Shown piece by piece: positions 38,556-48,029 of a DNA stretch of 64,000 nt (its first letter is position 1; each line of letters starts with the position of its first letter). The notes beneath the pieces are model-generated. The model had not been told where the DNA came from, searched no databases, and saw nothing but the letters and a program-made list of their open reading frames with translations. Source of the stretch: an uncultured Acidimicrobiales bacterium (lineage in GTDB: Bacteria > Actinomycetota > Acidimicrobiia > Acidimicrobiales > SHLQ01). A program made the translations under genes and the position numbers. Where the stretch lies: positions 2,419 through 66,418 of the forward strand of contig CALHTB010000082.1 of the NCBI GenBank assembly GCA_938038785.1, given 5' to 3'.

Positions 38556-39338
38556 CTAGCCACGCTTCCGCAGATAGCGATGAAACAGAAAGCCGTCCTG
38601 ATGCAGGACTCGGTCAAGTTCCATTTGATGGGCCAACGCGTTGTCGGTGGGTCCCACGGCCCGGGGTCCGCTGCCCCCAGCCACCATTGGTGAAAACGAC
38701 AGACAGAATTCGTCGAGCAGATCTGCGGCAGCGAACGCGGCGTTGAGCGTGGGGCCGCCTTCGACCAGCACCGTCTGTGCCCCAAGGCTTCGCAGTTGGC
38801 CGAGCGCGTCTGCAAGGTCGACCGACTCATGGCCCGCAGTGATGACGTCAGCCACTGCGGACAGTCGTTCCCGGCGGTCAGCGGGAGCGTCATGAGAGGT
38901 GATGACCAAAGGGCGGGCCTCGGGGTCGAACACGCGATGGTTCGTTTCGATGCTCAGCGAATTGCTCACGATCGCAATTCGGGGCCGAGGGCTCTGGCCT
39001 CGATCGAGCCGCATCTGTTGGATGTCGTCGGGGGTTTGCGCTCGCCGGTAGTTCTCGGCAATCACCGTTCCCGAAGCAGCAATGATGATGTCGGCGATGC
39101 CTCGCAACGCTCGAAACACTTGCTTGTCACCAGGACCACCAAGTCCGCCCGACACGCCATCGAGCTCGATGGCACCGTCGATACTCGAAATCATGTTCGC
39201 CAACACCCACGGGCGGTCCGGGGGAGGGGTCCGGTCGTCGGCGGCGTACAACGCGACCGCGTCGACGTTCTCCACAGCACTGGGGAAAAGTTGCTCCATG
39301 TATGGCAACGATATCGACGCATCTCTCCAGCCGAGCAA
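38556..39338 (-). CDS. RibD C-terminal domain / pyrimidine reductase-family protein
   Basis: NMISSIDGAIELDGVSGGLGGPGDKQVFRALRGIADIIIAASGTV and VLVEGGPTLNAAF are typical of the RibD_C/DHFR-like fold. Confidence 0.75.
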   Translation of the reverse strand: MLGWRDASISLPYMEQLFPSAVENVDAVALYAADDRTPPPDRPWVLANMISSIDGAIELDGVSGGLGGPGDKQVFRALRGIADIIIAASGTVIAENYRRAQTPDDIQQMRLDRGQSPRPRIAIVSNSLSIETNHRVFDPEARPLVITSHDAPADRRERLSAVADVITAGHESVDLADALGQLRSLGAQTVLVEGGPTLNAAFAAADLLDEFCLSFSPMVAGGSGPRAVGPTDNALAHQMELDRVLHQDGFLFHRYLRKRG

Positions 39339-39378
39339 GGGGCTGACGGACTGCGGGTGTGGAAAAGTCGCTACAAAT

Positions 39379-39394
39379 CCACTGCATATTCACA
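39379..39394. promoter_or_regulatory. Candidate NrdR box 1 (CCACTGCATATTCACA)
   Basis: Shares ATCCACTG-AT-T with the second copy at 39487. Partial match to the NrdR-box consensus as I recall it. Confidence 0.3.
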
Positions 39395-39486
39395 GGTCGT
39401 CCCCTTTTCGCTCACAGGGGCGCGTCCCTATCGTGGTCGTCGTAGTCGGAGTAGGGGACTTAGGCACGCTGGAGTTTCGGCTGAAT

Positions 39487-39502
39487 CCACTGGATGTAGT
39501 CA
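39487..39502. promoter_or_regulatory. Candidate NrdR box 2 (CCACTGGATGTAGTCA)
   Basis: See box 1. It lies in the 350-nt nrdJ leader. Confidence 0.3.
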
Positions 39503-39686
39503 GAAACTGACCCCGGGAACCCTCCTCCGGCTACCAACGCGAACGGGTGCATCTTCTCCAGAGAAACCGCGTCTGTGAGGAACATCCGGACCTCAAAAAG
39601 CGTTGACAAAACCCCGTACGAGTCGTTCTCTGGAGGTAGTTCCCCAGAGAACTCATGAGGCCAAGTGCCTCGGTCAGGAACCTCTT

Positions 39687-42600
39687 ATGTCGCTCACCTC
39701 ACCATCTGTTGGTTCCTCGCTTGGCCTTCGCCGATTGCACACCGTTGCCGGACGCGATGTCTACGACCAGTTCGACTGGGAACGTCGCAACGCCCGGCTG
39801 CACGACTGGCGAGATGGCTCGGTCGCGTTCGAACAGACCGATATCGAAGTGCCGGCAGCATGGTCGATCAACGCGTCGAACATTCTTGCCCAGAAGTACT
39901 TCCGCGGAACCATGGGTACCCCCGAGCGCGAGACCTCGTTGCGCCAGGTGGCCGACCGAGTGGTCGACACGATGACCCAATGGGGCCGCGACGGCGGCTA
40001 CTTCGCCAACGAAGAAGAAGCCAGCACGTTCTCCGATGAGCTCAAGTTCCTTATCGTGTCCCAACGCATGGCGTTCAACAGTCCGGTGTGGTTCAACATC
40101 GGTGTTGACGGTGTCCCACAGCAGGCCTCGGCGTGTTTCATCTTGTCGGTCGACGACACGATGGAGTCGATCCTCAACTGGTACGCCGAAGAAGGCATGA
40201 TCTTCAAGGGTGGCTCTGGCGCAGGTGTGAACCTGTCCAAGATCCGGTCGTCGGTGGAGCTGCTCGAGGGCGGCGGAACCGCATCTGGGCCGGTCAGCTT
40301 CATGCGCGGAGCTGATGCGTCTGCAGGCACCATCAAGAGCGGCGGCAAGACCCGCCGCGCCGCCAAGATGGTGATGCTCGACATCGACCATCCCGACGTT
40401 CAAGAGTTCATCTGGTGCAAGGCCAAAGAAGAGCAAAAGGCTCGGGCACTGCGAGACGCCGGCTTCGACATGGACCTCGACGGCGCTGACTCCTTCTCGA
40501 TTCAGTATCAGAACGCCAACAACTCAATTCGTGTCACCGACGAATTCATGGAGGCCGTTGAAGCCGGAGATGACTGGCACCTGCGCTCGGTGCTCGATGG
40601 TGAGATTCAAAAGACCATGCCCGCTCGCGAACTCCTTAGAGAGATCGCCACCGCGGCGTGGGAGTGCGCCGACCCAGGTATCCAATACGACACGACGATC
40701 AACCGTTGGCACACCACCCCAAACGCCGGAAAGATCAACGGCAGTAACCCTTGCTTTACTGGCGACTCGTTGGTGCATACCGACCGAGGGCTCGTTCGTT
40801 TCGACGAGATCGTCCGGAGGATGCAGGACGGTGAGAGCTTTCAGGTGTACACCCACGACATCACGAACCGGGACGAGCCAGTAAAGACATCGCTACTCTC
40901 ATCGCCTGAAGCGATCATTATCACGGGCATAAACCCGATCATGCGGCTCGAATTCGCCAACGGTATGGAAGTTCGCTGCACCCCGAACCACAGCCTCTTC
41001 ACGACGAACAGGGGCTGGGTAGCAGCCGAGGACTTGACCAAATCCGACGACGTAGCGACGCTCGACGTCGCATCCCTGCCGGTATCGGCTGATTACTCGT
41101 TGCCGGTGAGCACGAACGCTTCGTCGTACCGATTGAAGGGCTACCACAAGCAACCGCTTCATCTTCCTGAGAAGTGGACGGACGAGTTCGCCAACTACCT
41201 GGGCTGGATTGTGGGTGATGGGTGCATCTCAAAGAACACCATCTCAGCGATCTACGGCACCAGCGAAGAACAAGACGAAGTTCTTCCAAAGCACAGCAGG
41301 TTCCTGGCCGACATCAACGACGGAGTAGCCCCGAACCCGTCGCCGCAACAGAACGGCACCGTTCAGCTACGAATGAGCCGAGGTGCCTTTACCCGTTTCG
41401 TCGAATCGCTCGGGGTCAAGCCTGTAAAGGCTGCTGAGAAGGAAATCCCTTGGGCGATCGATCAAGCTCCAGCCGACATCGTTGGTGCGTTCCTTCGGGG
41501 CTTGTTCGACGCGGACGGAACGGTCGTGCTCAACGCAGACAAGGGGCACTACGTGGGGCTTGGCTCCACGTCGAAGATGCTCCTTCAGGGCGCACAGCGC
41601 CTACTGACCCAGTTCGGTGTCTCGAGCCGCATCTACGCAACTCGTAAAGCAGACAGTGGCTCGAAGTTCCACTACACCCGCAAAGATGGCACGACGGTGG
41701 GCTACGGCTCATCGCAAATGTACGACTTGAGAATTTCGTCGGCGAGCATCGACCGCTTTGCCCAGCACGTTGGCTTCGGGCTTCCATCGAAGGCAGCTCG
41801 CCTCGACGAGGTATTTGCGTCTCGTAAGAAGCGCCCGTACGCCGTGAAGACATCCACACGTATGGTTGAGCGAGTTTCTGAACCGGCTGAGCTGACCTAC
41901 AACCTGTGCGAACCACGCAATAACTCCTACGTCGTCAACGGACTCGTGGTGAAGAACTGCAGTGAGTACATGCACGTCGACAACAGCGCGTGCAACCTCG
42001 CGAGCCTGAACCTGCTTGCCTTTCACCGGCCAGAAGACACCGGCCGGATGTTCGAGATCGATGAGTTTGTGGCAGCGGTCGACATCATCGTGGCCGCCCA
42101 AGAGATCATCGTCGGCCCGGCTGACTATCCCACCGAGAAGATCGGCGACAACACCCGCCGATTCCGCCAGCTCGGCCTTGGCTATGCCAACCTCGGCGCC
42201 CTGCTCATGGCTGTTGGTGCTCCGTACGACTCTGATCGAGGTCGGGCCATAGCTGGAGCAGTCACTGCGCTTATGGGCGGGTCGGCGTACAACATGTCCA
42301 CCAGGCTCGCGCAGCGTGTTGGCGCCTTTGACGGCTATGCCGATGACGCCGAGAATGTTCAGCGGGTACTTGGCATGCATCGTGCTGCGGTGGCCCACAT
42401 CGACCCCGAGCTGGCCCCTGAAGAGCTCCTGAACGCCGCAAACGCTGCTTGGGATGACACCTGCGTCCGCGCTGCCGAGCACGGCGTACGCAACGCTCAG
42501 GCCACCGTGCTGGCGCCAACGGGCACGATCAGCTTCATGATGGACTGCGACACCACCGGCATCGAACCCGACCTTGGCCTGGTGAAGATGAAGAAGCTCG

Positions 42601-43637
42601 TGGGTGGCGGAAGCATGCAGATCGTAAACCAGGGGGTTGGGCGTGCGCTCACCCAGCTCGGCTACGACGACGACGCTGTAACCGCCATCGAGGCACACAT
42701 CTCCGATACCGGGTCGGTTCTGGGCGCTCCCGGCCTCGCTGATGAACACGTGGCCGTGTTTGCCTGCTCGATGGGGGACAACGTCATCTCTCCGAGTGGG
42801 CACGTGAAGATGATGGCTGCGGTGCAGCCGTTCTTGTCCGGAGCGATCTCCAAGACGGTCAACACCCCCGAGTCAACCTCGATCGATGAATTCGAACAGA
42901 TCATGATCGATGGTTGGAAGTCGGGTCTCAAAGCGGTCGCTCTTTACCGAGACAACTGCAAGGTCGGCCAGCCGCTTAGCGCCAAGTCCGCAGATGACGA
43001 ATCGTCAGACACACCTGTCACCGCAGCAAACGCTGTCACCGCAGCAGACGCTGTGGTACCTGAACGCGAGAAGCTTCCACGGTCGCGGTCATCTCGCACC
43101 ATGGAGTTTCGGGTCGCCGACTGCAAGGGCTTCGTCACCGTTGGCGAGTATGCCGATGGCCGCCCGGGCGAACTGTTCATTCGCGTGTCCAAGCAGGGGT
43201 CAACCCTTGCCGGCATCATGGATGCCTTCGCCATCTCGGTAAGCCATGGCCTCCAGTACGGCGTACCTCTCAGCGCATTTGTCGATGCGTTTGTGGGTAT
43301 GCGGTTCGAACCTGCTGGCATGACCGACGATGCCGATCTGCGTCTTGCCTCCAGCCTCATGGACTACCTGTTCCGTCGTTTGGCGGTCGAGTACATGACG
43401 CTCGACGAACGCACCTCGCGAAACATTTTGACCACAGGCGAGCGCACTCAACCAACGCTCCCAGGCGTCGCCGAGGCCACCACGCCGTCGGTGCAGGGCC
43501 AAGATGTCCCTGCGAACCCGCCATCATCCGAAGCGGTCAGCACCGCCCCATTCTGCGGCCAGTGCGGCACACAGATGGTTCGCGCGGGAAGCTGTTACGC
43601 CTGCCGCGATTGCGGCTCCTCCAGCGGCTGTTCATGA
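39687..43637 (+). CDS. nrdJ: Class II (adenosylcobalamin-dependent) ribonucleotide reductase NrdJ, interrupted by an intein
   Basis: NILAQKYF, SACFIL, GGSGAGVNLSKIR, finger loop GSNP|C...|CSEY, CNLASLNL, and a C-terminal CxxC...CxxC zinc ribbon (CGQCG...CYACRDCG). The track ORF opens at a TTG at 39603. The ATG at 39687 (MSLTSP) is more likely the real start. Confidence 0.93.
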   Translation: MSLTSPSVGSSLGLRRLHTVAGRDVYDQFDWERRNARLHDWRDGSVAFEQTDIEVPAAWSINASNILAQKYFRGTMGTPERETSLRQVADRVVDTMTQWGRDGGYFANEEEASTFSDELKFLIVSQRMAFNSPVWFNIGVDGVPQQASACFILSVDDTMESILNWYAEEGMIFKGGSGAGVNLSKIRSSVELLEGGGTASGPVSFMRGADASAGTIKSGGKTRRAAKMVMLDIDHPDVQEFIWCKAKEEQKARALRDAGFDMDLDGADSFSIQYQNANNSIRVTDEFMEAVEAGDDWHLRSVLDGEIQKTMPARELLREIATAAWECADPGIQYDTTINRWHTTPNAGKINGSNPCFTGDSLVHTDRGLVRFDEIVRRMQDGESFQVYTHDITNRDEPVKTSLLSSPEAIIITGINPIMRLEFANGMEVRCTPNHSLFTTNRGWVAAEDLTKSDDVATLDVASLPVSADYSLPVSTNASSYRLKGYHKQPLHLPEKWTDEFANYLGWIVGDGCISKNTISAIYGTSEEQDEVLPKHSRFLADINDGVAPNPSPQQNGTVQLRMSRGAFTRFVESLGVKPVKAAEKEIPWAIDQAPADIVGAFLRGLFDADGTVVLNADKGHYVGLGSTSKMLLQGAQRLLTQFGVSSRIYATRKADSGSKFHYTRKDGTTVGYGSSQMYDLRISSASIDRFAQHVGFGLPSKAARLDEVFASRKKRPYAVKTSTRMVERVSEPAELTYNLCEPRNNSYVVNGLVVKNCSEYMHVDNSACNLASLNLLAFHRPEDTGRMFEIDEFVAAVDIIVAAQEIIVGPADYPTEKIGDNTRRFRQLGLGYANLGALLMAVGAPYDSDRGRAIAGAVTALMGGSAYNMSTRLAQRVGAFDGYADDAENVQRVLGMHRAAVAHIDPELAPEELLNAANAAWDDTCVRAAEHGVRNAQATVLAPTGTISFMMDCDTTGIEPDLGLVKMKKLVGGGSMQIVNQGVGRALTQLGYDDDAVTAIEAHISDTGSVLGAPGLADEHVAVFACSMGDNVISPSGHVKMMAAVQPFLSGAISKTVNTPESTSIDEFEQIMIDGWKSGLKAVALYRDNCKVGQPLSAKSADDESSDTPVTAANAVTAADAVVPEREKLPRSRSSRTMEFRVADCKGFVTVGEYADGRPGELFIRVSKQGSTLAGIMDAFAISVSHGLQYGVPLSAFVDAFVGMRFEPAGMTDDADLRLASSLMDYLFRRLAVEYMTLDERTSRNILTTGERTQPTLPGVAEATTPSVQGQDVPANPPSSEAVSTAPFCGQCGTQMVRAGSCYACRDCGSSSGCS
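40752..41957 (+). mobile_element. Intein (402 aa) with a LAGLIDADG homing-endonuclease domain, inserted before the finger-loop Cys of NrdJ
   Basis: Begins CFTGDSLVHTD (block A) and ends NGLVVKN followed by +1 Cys (CSEYMH). LAGLIDADG motifs YLGWIVGDGCIS and FLRGLFDADGTV. The flanks join to GSNPCSEYMH. The insert is visibly lower in GC than its flanks. Confidence 0.85.
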
Positions 43638-44305
43638 GCGATATCACTTCCGACCTTCCAATCCAGCAGACCTTTCCCGGCACCCGACGCTCGTCGACCT
43701 CGGTCATTGGAGTCCTACGGTTCTCGTTCGGCACGATGGGGTCAGGGAAGTCAACCCAAGCGCTCCAAATTCATCACAACCTCGCCCACGGCGGGCTCCG
43801 TGGGGCGTTGTGCAGCATGCTCGACCGCAAGGGAGCTCAGGTCAGCTCTCGGCTGGGCGTCAGCGCTGATGCGGTTGTCATCGATCCCACCGTCAACATG
43901 ATGGATATTGCCCGAAACGGGGGAGAGCCGCTCGACTACCTCGTGTGCGACGAGGTGCAGTTCTATACCGGCGAGCAGATCGAACAACTCGCCGAGGTCG
44001 TCGACCACCTCGGCCTCGACGTCTTTGCGTTCGGCCTGCTCACCGACTTCCGAGGAAAGCTCTTCACCGGCACCGCCCGATTGCTTGAACTTGCTGACGT
44101 GTGCGAAGCCATCCAGTGCGAGGCCCGCTGTTGGTGTGGAGATCGGGCGACCCACAATGCCCGTATCGTCGATGGCGAACAGGTCTACGAAGGCGAGCTC
44201 GTCGTAGTTGATGACCCTGAGCAAGCACCAGAAGTGTCCTACGAGCTCCGCTGCCGCAAGCACTGGATTTCAGGCCAAGGCCCAGCCGACATCATCCTCG
44301 ACTGA
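43634..44305 (+). CDS. tdk: Thymidine kinase
   Basis: From the ATG at 43634, overlapping the nrdJ TGA (ATGA). P-loop FGTMGSGKST, CDEVQF, zinc ligands CEARCWCG...CRKHW. Confidence 0.9.
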   Translation: MSDITSDLPIQQTFPGTRRSSTSVIGVLRFSFGTMGSGKSTQALQIHHNLAHGGLRGALCSMLDRKGAQVSSRLGVSADAVVIDPTVNMMDIARNGGEPLDYLVCDEVQFYTGEQIEQLAEVVDHLGLDVFAFGLLTDFRGKLFTGTARLLELADVCEAIQCEARCWCGDRATHNARIVDGEQVYEGELVVVDDPEQAPEVSYELRCRKHWISGQGPADIILD

Positions 44306-44320
44306 CTCGGCTGGCAACGC

Positions 44321-46537
44321 CTATTGGCGGCAGCTGACAGCGACTTCAGCCGGTGCACGGCACCGATCGGTGCCGACGCCGCCAAACAGTTCGTCGACAC
44401 CCTTGCCGCCAATGAGACGATCGTTGCCCGGCCCGCCGAATACCTGGTCGTCGCCCAAACCGCCCTTTACGTAGTCGCGTCCGGTAAAGCCGCGAACTTC
44501 GTCGTTTCCAGCGTTTCCTTCGAGATCATCGTGGCCGTGACCGCCAAACAATGCGTCAGCGCCATCACGGCCTCGCATTCTGTCGGCTCCAGGTCCGCCG
44601 AGAAGAACATCGTCGCCCGTACCACCGTCGATACGGTCGTCGCCAAAGCCGCCACAGATGAGGTCGTTACCACCAAGGCCGTTCACCGTGTCGTTGCCGA
44701 GACCAGCGACGATCACGTCGGGGCCATCGGTTCCGTTGAGCACGTCGTCGCCATCGGTGCCTACCAAGGTGGCCGGAATACCGTTGCATGTGGGCAGCAC
44801 CGTTCGAGCTCCCAAGAATCCCGGTGGAGGCAGCTGGAGCGAACCGAACCCGTACTGCGGGTCGGGGCCGGGAATTCCCTGATCGCTCGCAATCCGAGGC
44901 AGAATTTCTCGGGTTTGGGTGGCCGTCTCGATGACGCGTGCCCCTCGCAAGATGGCGAGGGTTCCGCTCATGACCGGTGCACTCGCACTTGTGCCCGAGA
45001 AGCAGAAGTTGAAGAAGACGGGAATCGGCAGGCATGACGGGGCGGCGATGTCGACGCCGTTACGGCCATCGGTGGTGGGGCCGTGCGATGAATAATCTGC
45101 GAGAAGCGGGGTGCTGGCCGACTGGGTGGCGCCGACGGTGACCGAACCCGCACTTTGCGAGTCGGCGCCTGGGCCGGTTGCGGCGCTGGTGTTCACCCAC
45201 TCGTCGAACAAGGTTTGGTTGCCGAGAATTTGGATCGTGTCGACGCCGTCGGGCTGAGGGTCGCCGAAGCGTCGGATTGCAAGGTAATCACGATCGGTGA
45301 CGCCCGAGCATTTGGTCTTGACGTGTTCTAGCGGCCGATGAGCGACCTCGTTCTGCGTATCTTCACCCTTGGCTTCGGGAATCCGGTCGTTCTCTTCGTC
45401 GTAAATCCAAATGTCGTAGTCGGTAGCGATTGTGCTGCTATCCCAATCATCCCATCGCATTCCCAAAAGAAAGCTGCAGGAGAAGCCCATACGTTCCGAG
45501 CCATCAGCCCAGTTGTGAAAGCCGTTGCCGTCGGGGTCGTTAAAGGCGCCCACCCAGTTCTGGCCGGGGCGCAGCTCGCTCCCTGACGCGTTGCCGCCTG
45601 CGGCAACCCAAATCATGTCGAGGTCGACGGCGCGGTCGACCAACGAAGCAGTTGGGCCAGTGCCATCGCCGGGGCCATCAAATTCGGAGGTCTCAGATCG
45701 GTTGATGACCGTGACGCCCTGGGCTGCGAACCAGTCGATCGCCGCAGCGAGGTCGCTTAGGGTCGTGACAGTGGCAAAGTAGAGCTCGGCGTCGGGCGCG
45801 ATCTGGTGGATGATCTCGGCCACGGCAACACCGTGGGGTCCGCCACTTCGAAGGGTGATCGCGCACGAGCTGCCACTGTCTTGGCAGAAGGCGCCAGCTG
45901 GTGGCGGGACCCGCTTCTCGGCAATGGCGAACTCGAGTTCGTCGGTGCCAAAGATGTCGAGAATGCCAATCTTTTGGCCGGCTCCCGTATGCCCCACTGC
46001 GTGCCACGCATCGAGTTGCATGGTGTCGGCCACAGTTGCACTAAGGGCGGGGTTCATGAAGGAGTTGGGCTTGATGTTGCTGGCCCTTGTAACGCTGGAC
46101 ACTCGGGTCACGCTCGGTGACTCGTTGAGCGTCGCCAGAAGTTCGACAGGAATTCGGGCTTCTACAAAGAAGCCAGGTACCGCTCCGTAGATCTCGCCAT
46201 CCACAGCTCGGATAGCGTTCCGTACCCGTTGCAAGCTCGGCCCATAGACCTCGACGTTGAGCCTTGTTCCACGCGGGGCGGTGCCGGGGTCCTCGGCGAG
46301 CTTTGCCACCTCGGAGTCGCCGATCTGTTCCTCGCCAACGTGCGGGTCAAAGTCGTCTTGCTGACGGCTTGGAACGACGACTGCTTCGCTGGGCCGATCG
46401 GGAAGGCGCTGCTCGGTGTCAGCGGCTGAGGCGGGGGCTGCGAACAGAACCGACGCAGCCATTGCGAAGGTTGTAGAGACCGACGCGATCATCTGACGTT
46501 TGCCCGAGAGCGCGCGTGAAGACCGGTGGCGGATCAT
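44321..46537 (-). CDS. Secreted subtilisin-family (S8) serine protease with C-terminal RTX-type calcium-binding repeats
   Basis: Signal peptide MIRHRSSRALSGKRQMIASVSTTFAMAASVLFAAPASA. Catalytic regions IGILDIFG (Asp), GPHGVAVAEI (His) and SGTSASAPVMSG (Ser). About 12 GGxGxD-type nonapeptides (GGFGDDRIDGGTGDDVLLGGPGADRMRG...). The start could also be 46591 or 46492. Confidence 0.85.
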   Translation of the reverse strand: MIRHRSSRALSGKRQMIASVSTTFAMAASVLFAAPASAADTEQRLPDRPSEAVVVPSRQQDDFDPHVGEEQIGDSEVAKLAEDPGTAPRGTRLNVEVYGPSLQRVRNAIRAVDGEIYGAVPGFFVEARIPVELLATLNESPSVTRVSSVTRASNIKPNSFMNPALSATVADTMQLDAWHAVGHTGAGQKIGILDIFGTDELEFAIAEKRVPPPAGAFCQDSGSSCAITLRSGGPHGVAVAEIIHQIAPDAELYFATVTTLSDLAAAIDWFAAQGVTVINRSETSEFDGPGDGTGPTASLVDRAVDLDMIWVAAGGNASGSELRPGQNWVGAFNDPDGNGFHNWADGSERMGFSCSFLLGMRWDDWDSSTIATDYDIWIYDEENDRIPEAKGEDTQNEVAHRPLEHVKTKCSGVTDRDYLAIRRFGDPQPDGVDTIQILGNQTLFDEWVNTSAATGPGADSQSAGSVTVGATQSASTPLLADYSSHGPTTDGRNGVDIAAPSCLPIPVFFNFCFSGTSASAPVMSGTLAILRGARVIETATQTREILPRIASDQGIPGPDPQYGFGSLQLPPPGFLGARTVLPTCNGIPATLVGTDGDDVLNGTDGPDVIVAGLGNDTVNGLGGNDLICGGFGDDRIDGGTGDDVLLGGPGADRMRGRDGADALFGGHGHDDLEGNAGNDEVRGFTGRDYVKGGLGDDQVFGGPGNDRLIGGKGVDELFGGVGTDRCRAPAEVAVSCRQ

Positions 46538-46603
46538 TACGACAAGCGTAGACGGTTGTTCGCTGGCGACGTCATCGGACGAACGGCCCACTCATGAACC
46601 GAT

Positions 46604-47872
46604 TTATCGATTTGCGAGCTGCACGTATTCCCGTGTCGACACGCCGGTGTAGACCTGGCGTGGGCGAGCGATTCGGCTTTCGTCTTCGAGCATCTCTTGC
46701 CAGTGTGCCAGCCATCCAACGGTACGGGGAATGGCAAACAACACGGTGAACATCTCGACGGGGAATCCCATCGACTGGTAGATCAAACCCGAGTAGAAGT
46801 CGACGTTCGGATACAGCTTGCGGTCGATGAAGTACGGGTCCGCGAGAGCCACCTCTTCGAGCTTCAGCGCAATATCGAGCAGCGGGTTCTGACCCGTGAC
46901 TTTGAAAACGTCATGGGCTGCTTCTTTGATGATCGTTGCCCGTGGGTCGTAGTTCTTGTACACCCGGTGGCCAAAGCCCATGAGGCGTTCTTCGCCACCC
47001 TTGACCCGTTCCATGTACGCCGGGACGTTCTCGTAGCTGCCGATCTCGGCGAGCATGCGCAATACTGCTTCGTTTGCGCCACCGTGGCGTGGGCCATAGA
47101 GCGCAGCGCATGCCGCAGCTACCGAAACGTACGGATCGGCGTGCGCCGATCCAACGACGCGAGCCGCGGTGGTCGAACAGTTCTGTTCGTGGTCTGCATG
47201 CAAGATGAACAGGATCTCCATTGCCCGGCGAAGCGCTGGATCTGGGATGTAGTCGTCCTCGGCGATGGAGAACATCATCGACAAGAAGTTCGACGGGTAG
47301 TCGAGGTCGTTGCGGGGGAAGACAAAGGGGAGACCCTTGCTAAACCGGTAGGCCGCAGCGGCGAGTGTTGGCATCTTTGCGATGAGGCGGATGATTTGCT
47401 TTTTGCGGTTCTCGGGATCTTCGATGTCTTTTGAGCCGGGGTAGAAGGTTGAGAGACCAGCGACGCTAGAGGTAAGCAAGCCCATGGGGTGGGCGTCGTA
47501 GTGGAACGCGTCGTGGACGTGGCGGCGGAAGTTCTCGTGCAAGTAGGTGTGGTGGGTGATCTCTTCGGTCCACTCGGACAACTCGGTCTCGTTTGGCAGC
47601 TCGCCATTGAGCAGGAGGTAGGCAACTTCGAGGTGTGTCGAGTGGTCGGCGAGCTGATCGATTGGGTAGCCGCGGTACTCGAGAACGCCGTTCGCACCAT
47701 CGAGAAACGTGATGGCCGACTCGGTGCTAGCAGTCGTTCCAAAGGCAGGGTCAAGGAACCAGGTTCCCGGGAGGAACTTCTTCCAAGCTCCGGCGTCTAC
47801 CGCACCGTTCTCGATCGGCACTTCGATGCTTTCGCCGGTGCGGTTGTCGGTAATGGTGATGCTTTCGCTCAC
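46604..47872 (-). CDS. gltA: Citrate synthase
   Basis: LHADHEQNCSTT, GFGHRVYKNYDPRA. GTG at 47872 with GGAG 5-6 nt upstream. The track ATG at 47941 is probably too long. Confidence 0.92.
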   Translation of the reverse strand: MSESITITDNRTGESIEVPIENGAVDAGAWKKFLPGTWFLDPAFGTTASTESAITFLDGANGVLEYRGYPIDQLADHSTHLEVAYLLLNGELPNETELSEWTEEITHHTYLHENFRRHVHDAFHYDAHPMGLLTSSVAGLSTFYPGSKDIEDPENRKKQIIRLIAKMPTLAAAAYRFSKGLPFVFPRNDLDYPSNFLSMMFSIAEDDYIPDPALRRAMEILFILHADHEQNCSTTAARVVGSAHADPYVSVAAACAALYGPRHGGANEAVLRMLAEIGSYENVPAYMERVKGGEERLMGFGHRVYKNYDPRATIIKEAAHDVFKVTGQNPLLDIALKLEEVALADPYFIDRKLYPNVDFYSGLIYQSMGFPVEMFTVLFAIPRTVGWLAHWQEMLEDESRIARPRQVYTGVSTREYVQLANR

Positions 47873-48029
47873 GGAATCTCCAGGTGTAGGGACGAGAAAG
47901 AAAGGGCTGCCCGTCCAGCTCCCCATTGAGCGGTATTGCAACCGCCTTCACTATATGCCTGATGGCCCCATCGGACGCACCCCAGCCAAATCGAGTTCTC
48001 GATTCAAGACTTGCCAATTTTCCGACGCT

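Noticed and set aside
39495-39515. AGTCAGAAACTGACC in the nrdJ leader resembles the B12-box of cobalamin riboswitches
   Set aside because: I could not find the rest of the riboswitch core. B12-mediated repression of a B12-dependent reductase would be illogical, since such riboswitches normally precede class I nrd genes. It is kept only as a small hairpin.
39603-39686. TTG-initiated 28-aa N-terminal extension of NrdJ in the ORF track
   Set aside because: The extension (MTKPRTSRSLEVVPQRTHEAKCLGQEPL) is not NrdJ-like and overlaps leader hairpins. The ATG at 39687 is preferred, though this is not proven.
41709-42803. 364-aa minus-strand ORF inside nrdJ
   Set aside because: It is antisense to the conserved C-terminal half of NrdJ.
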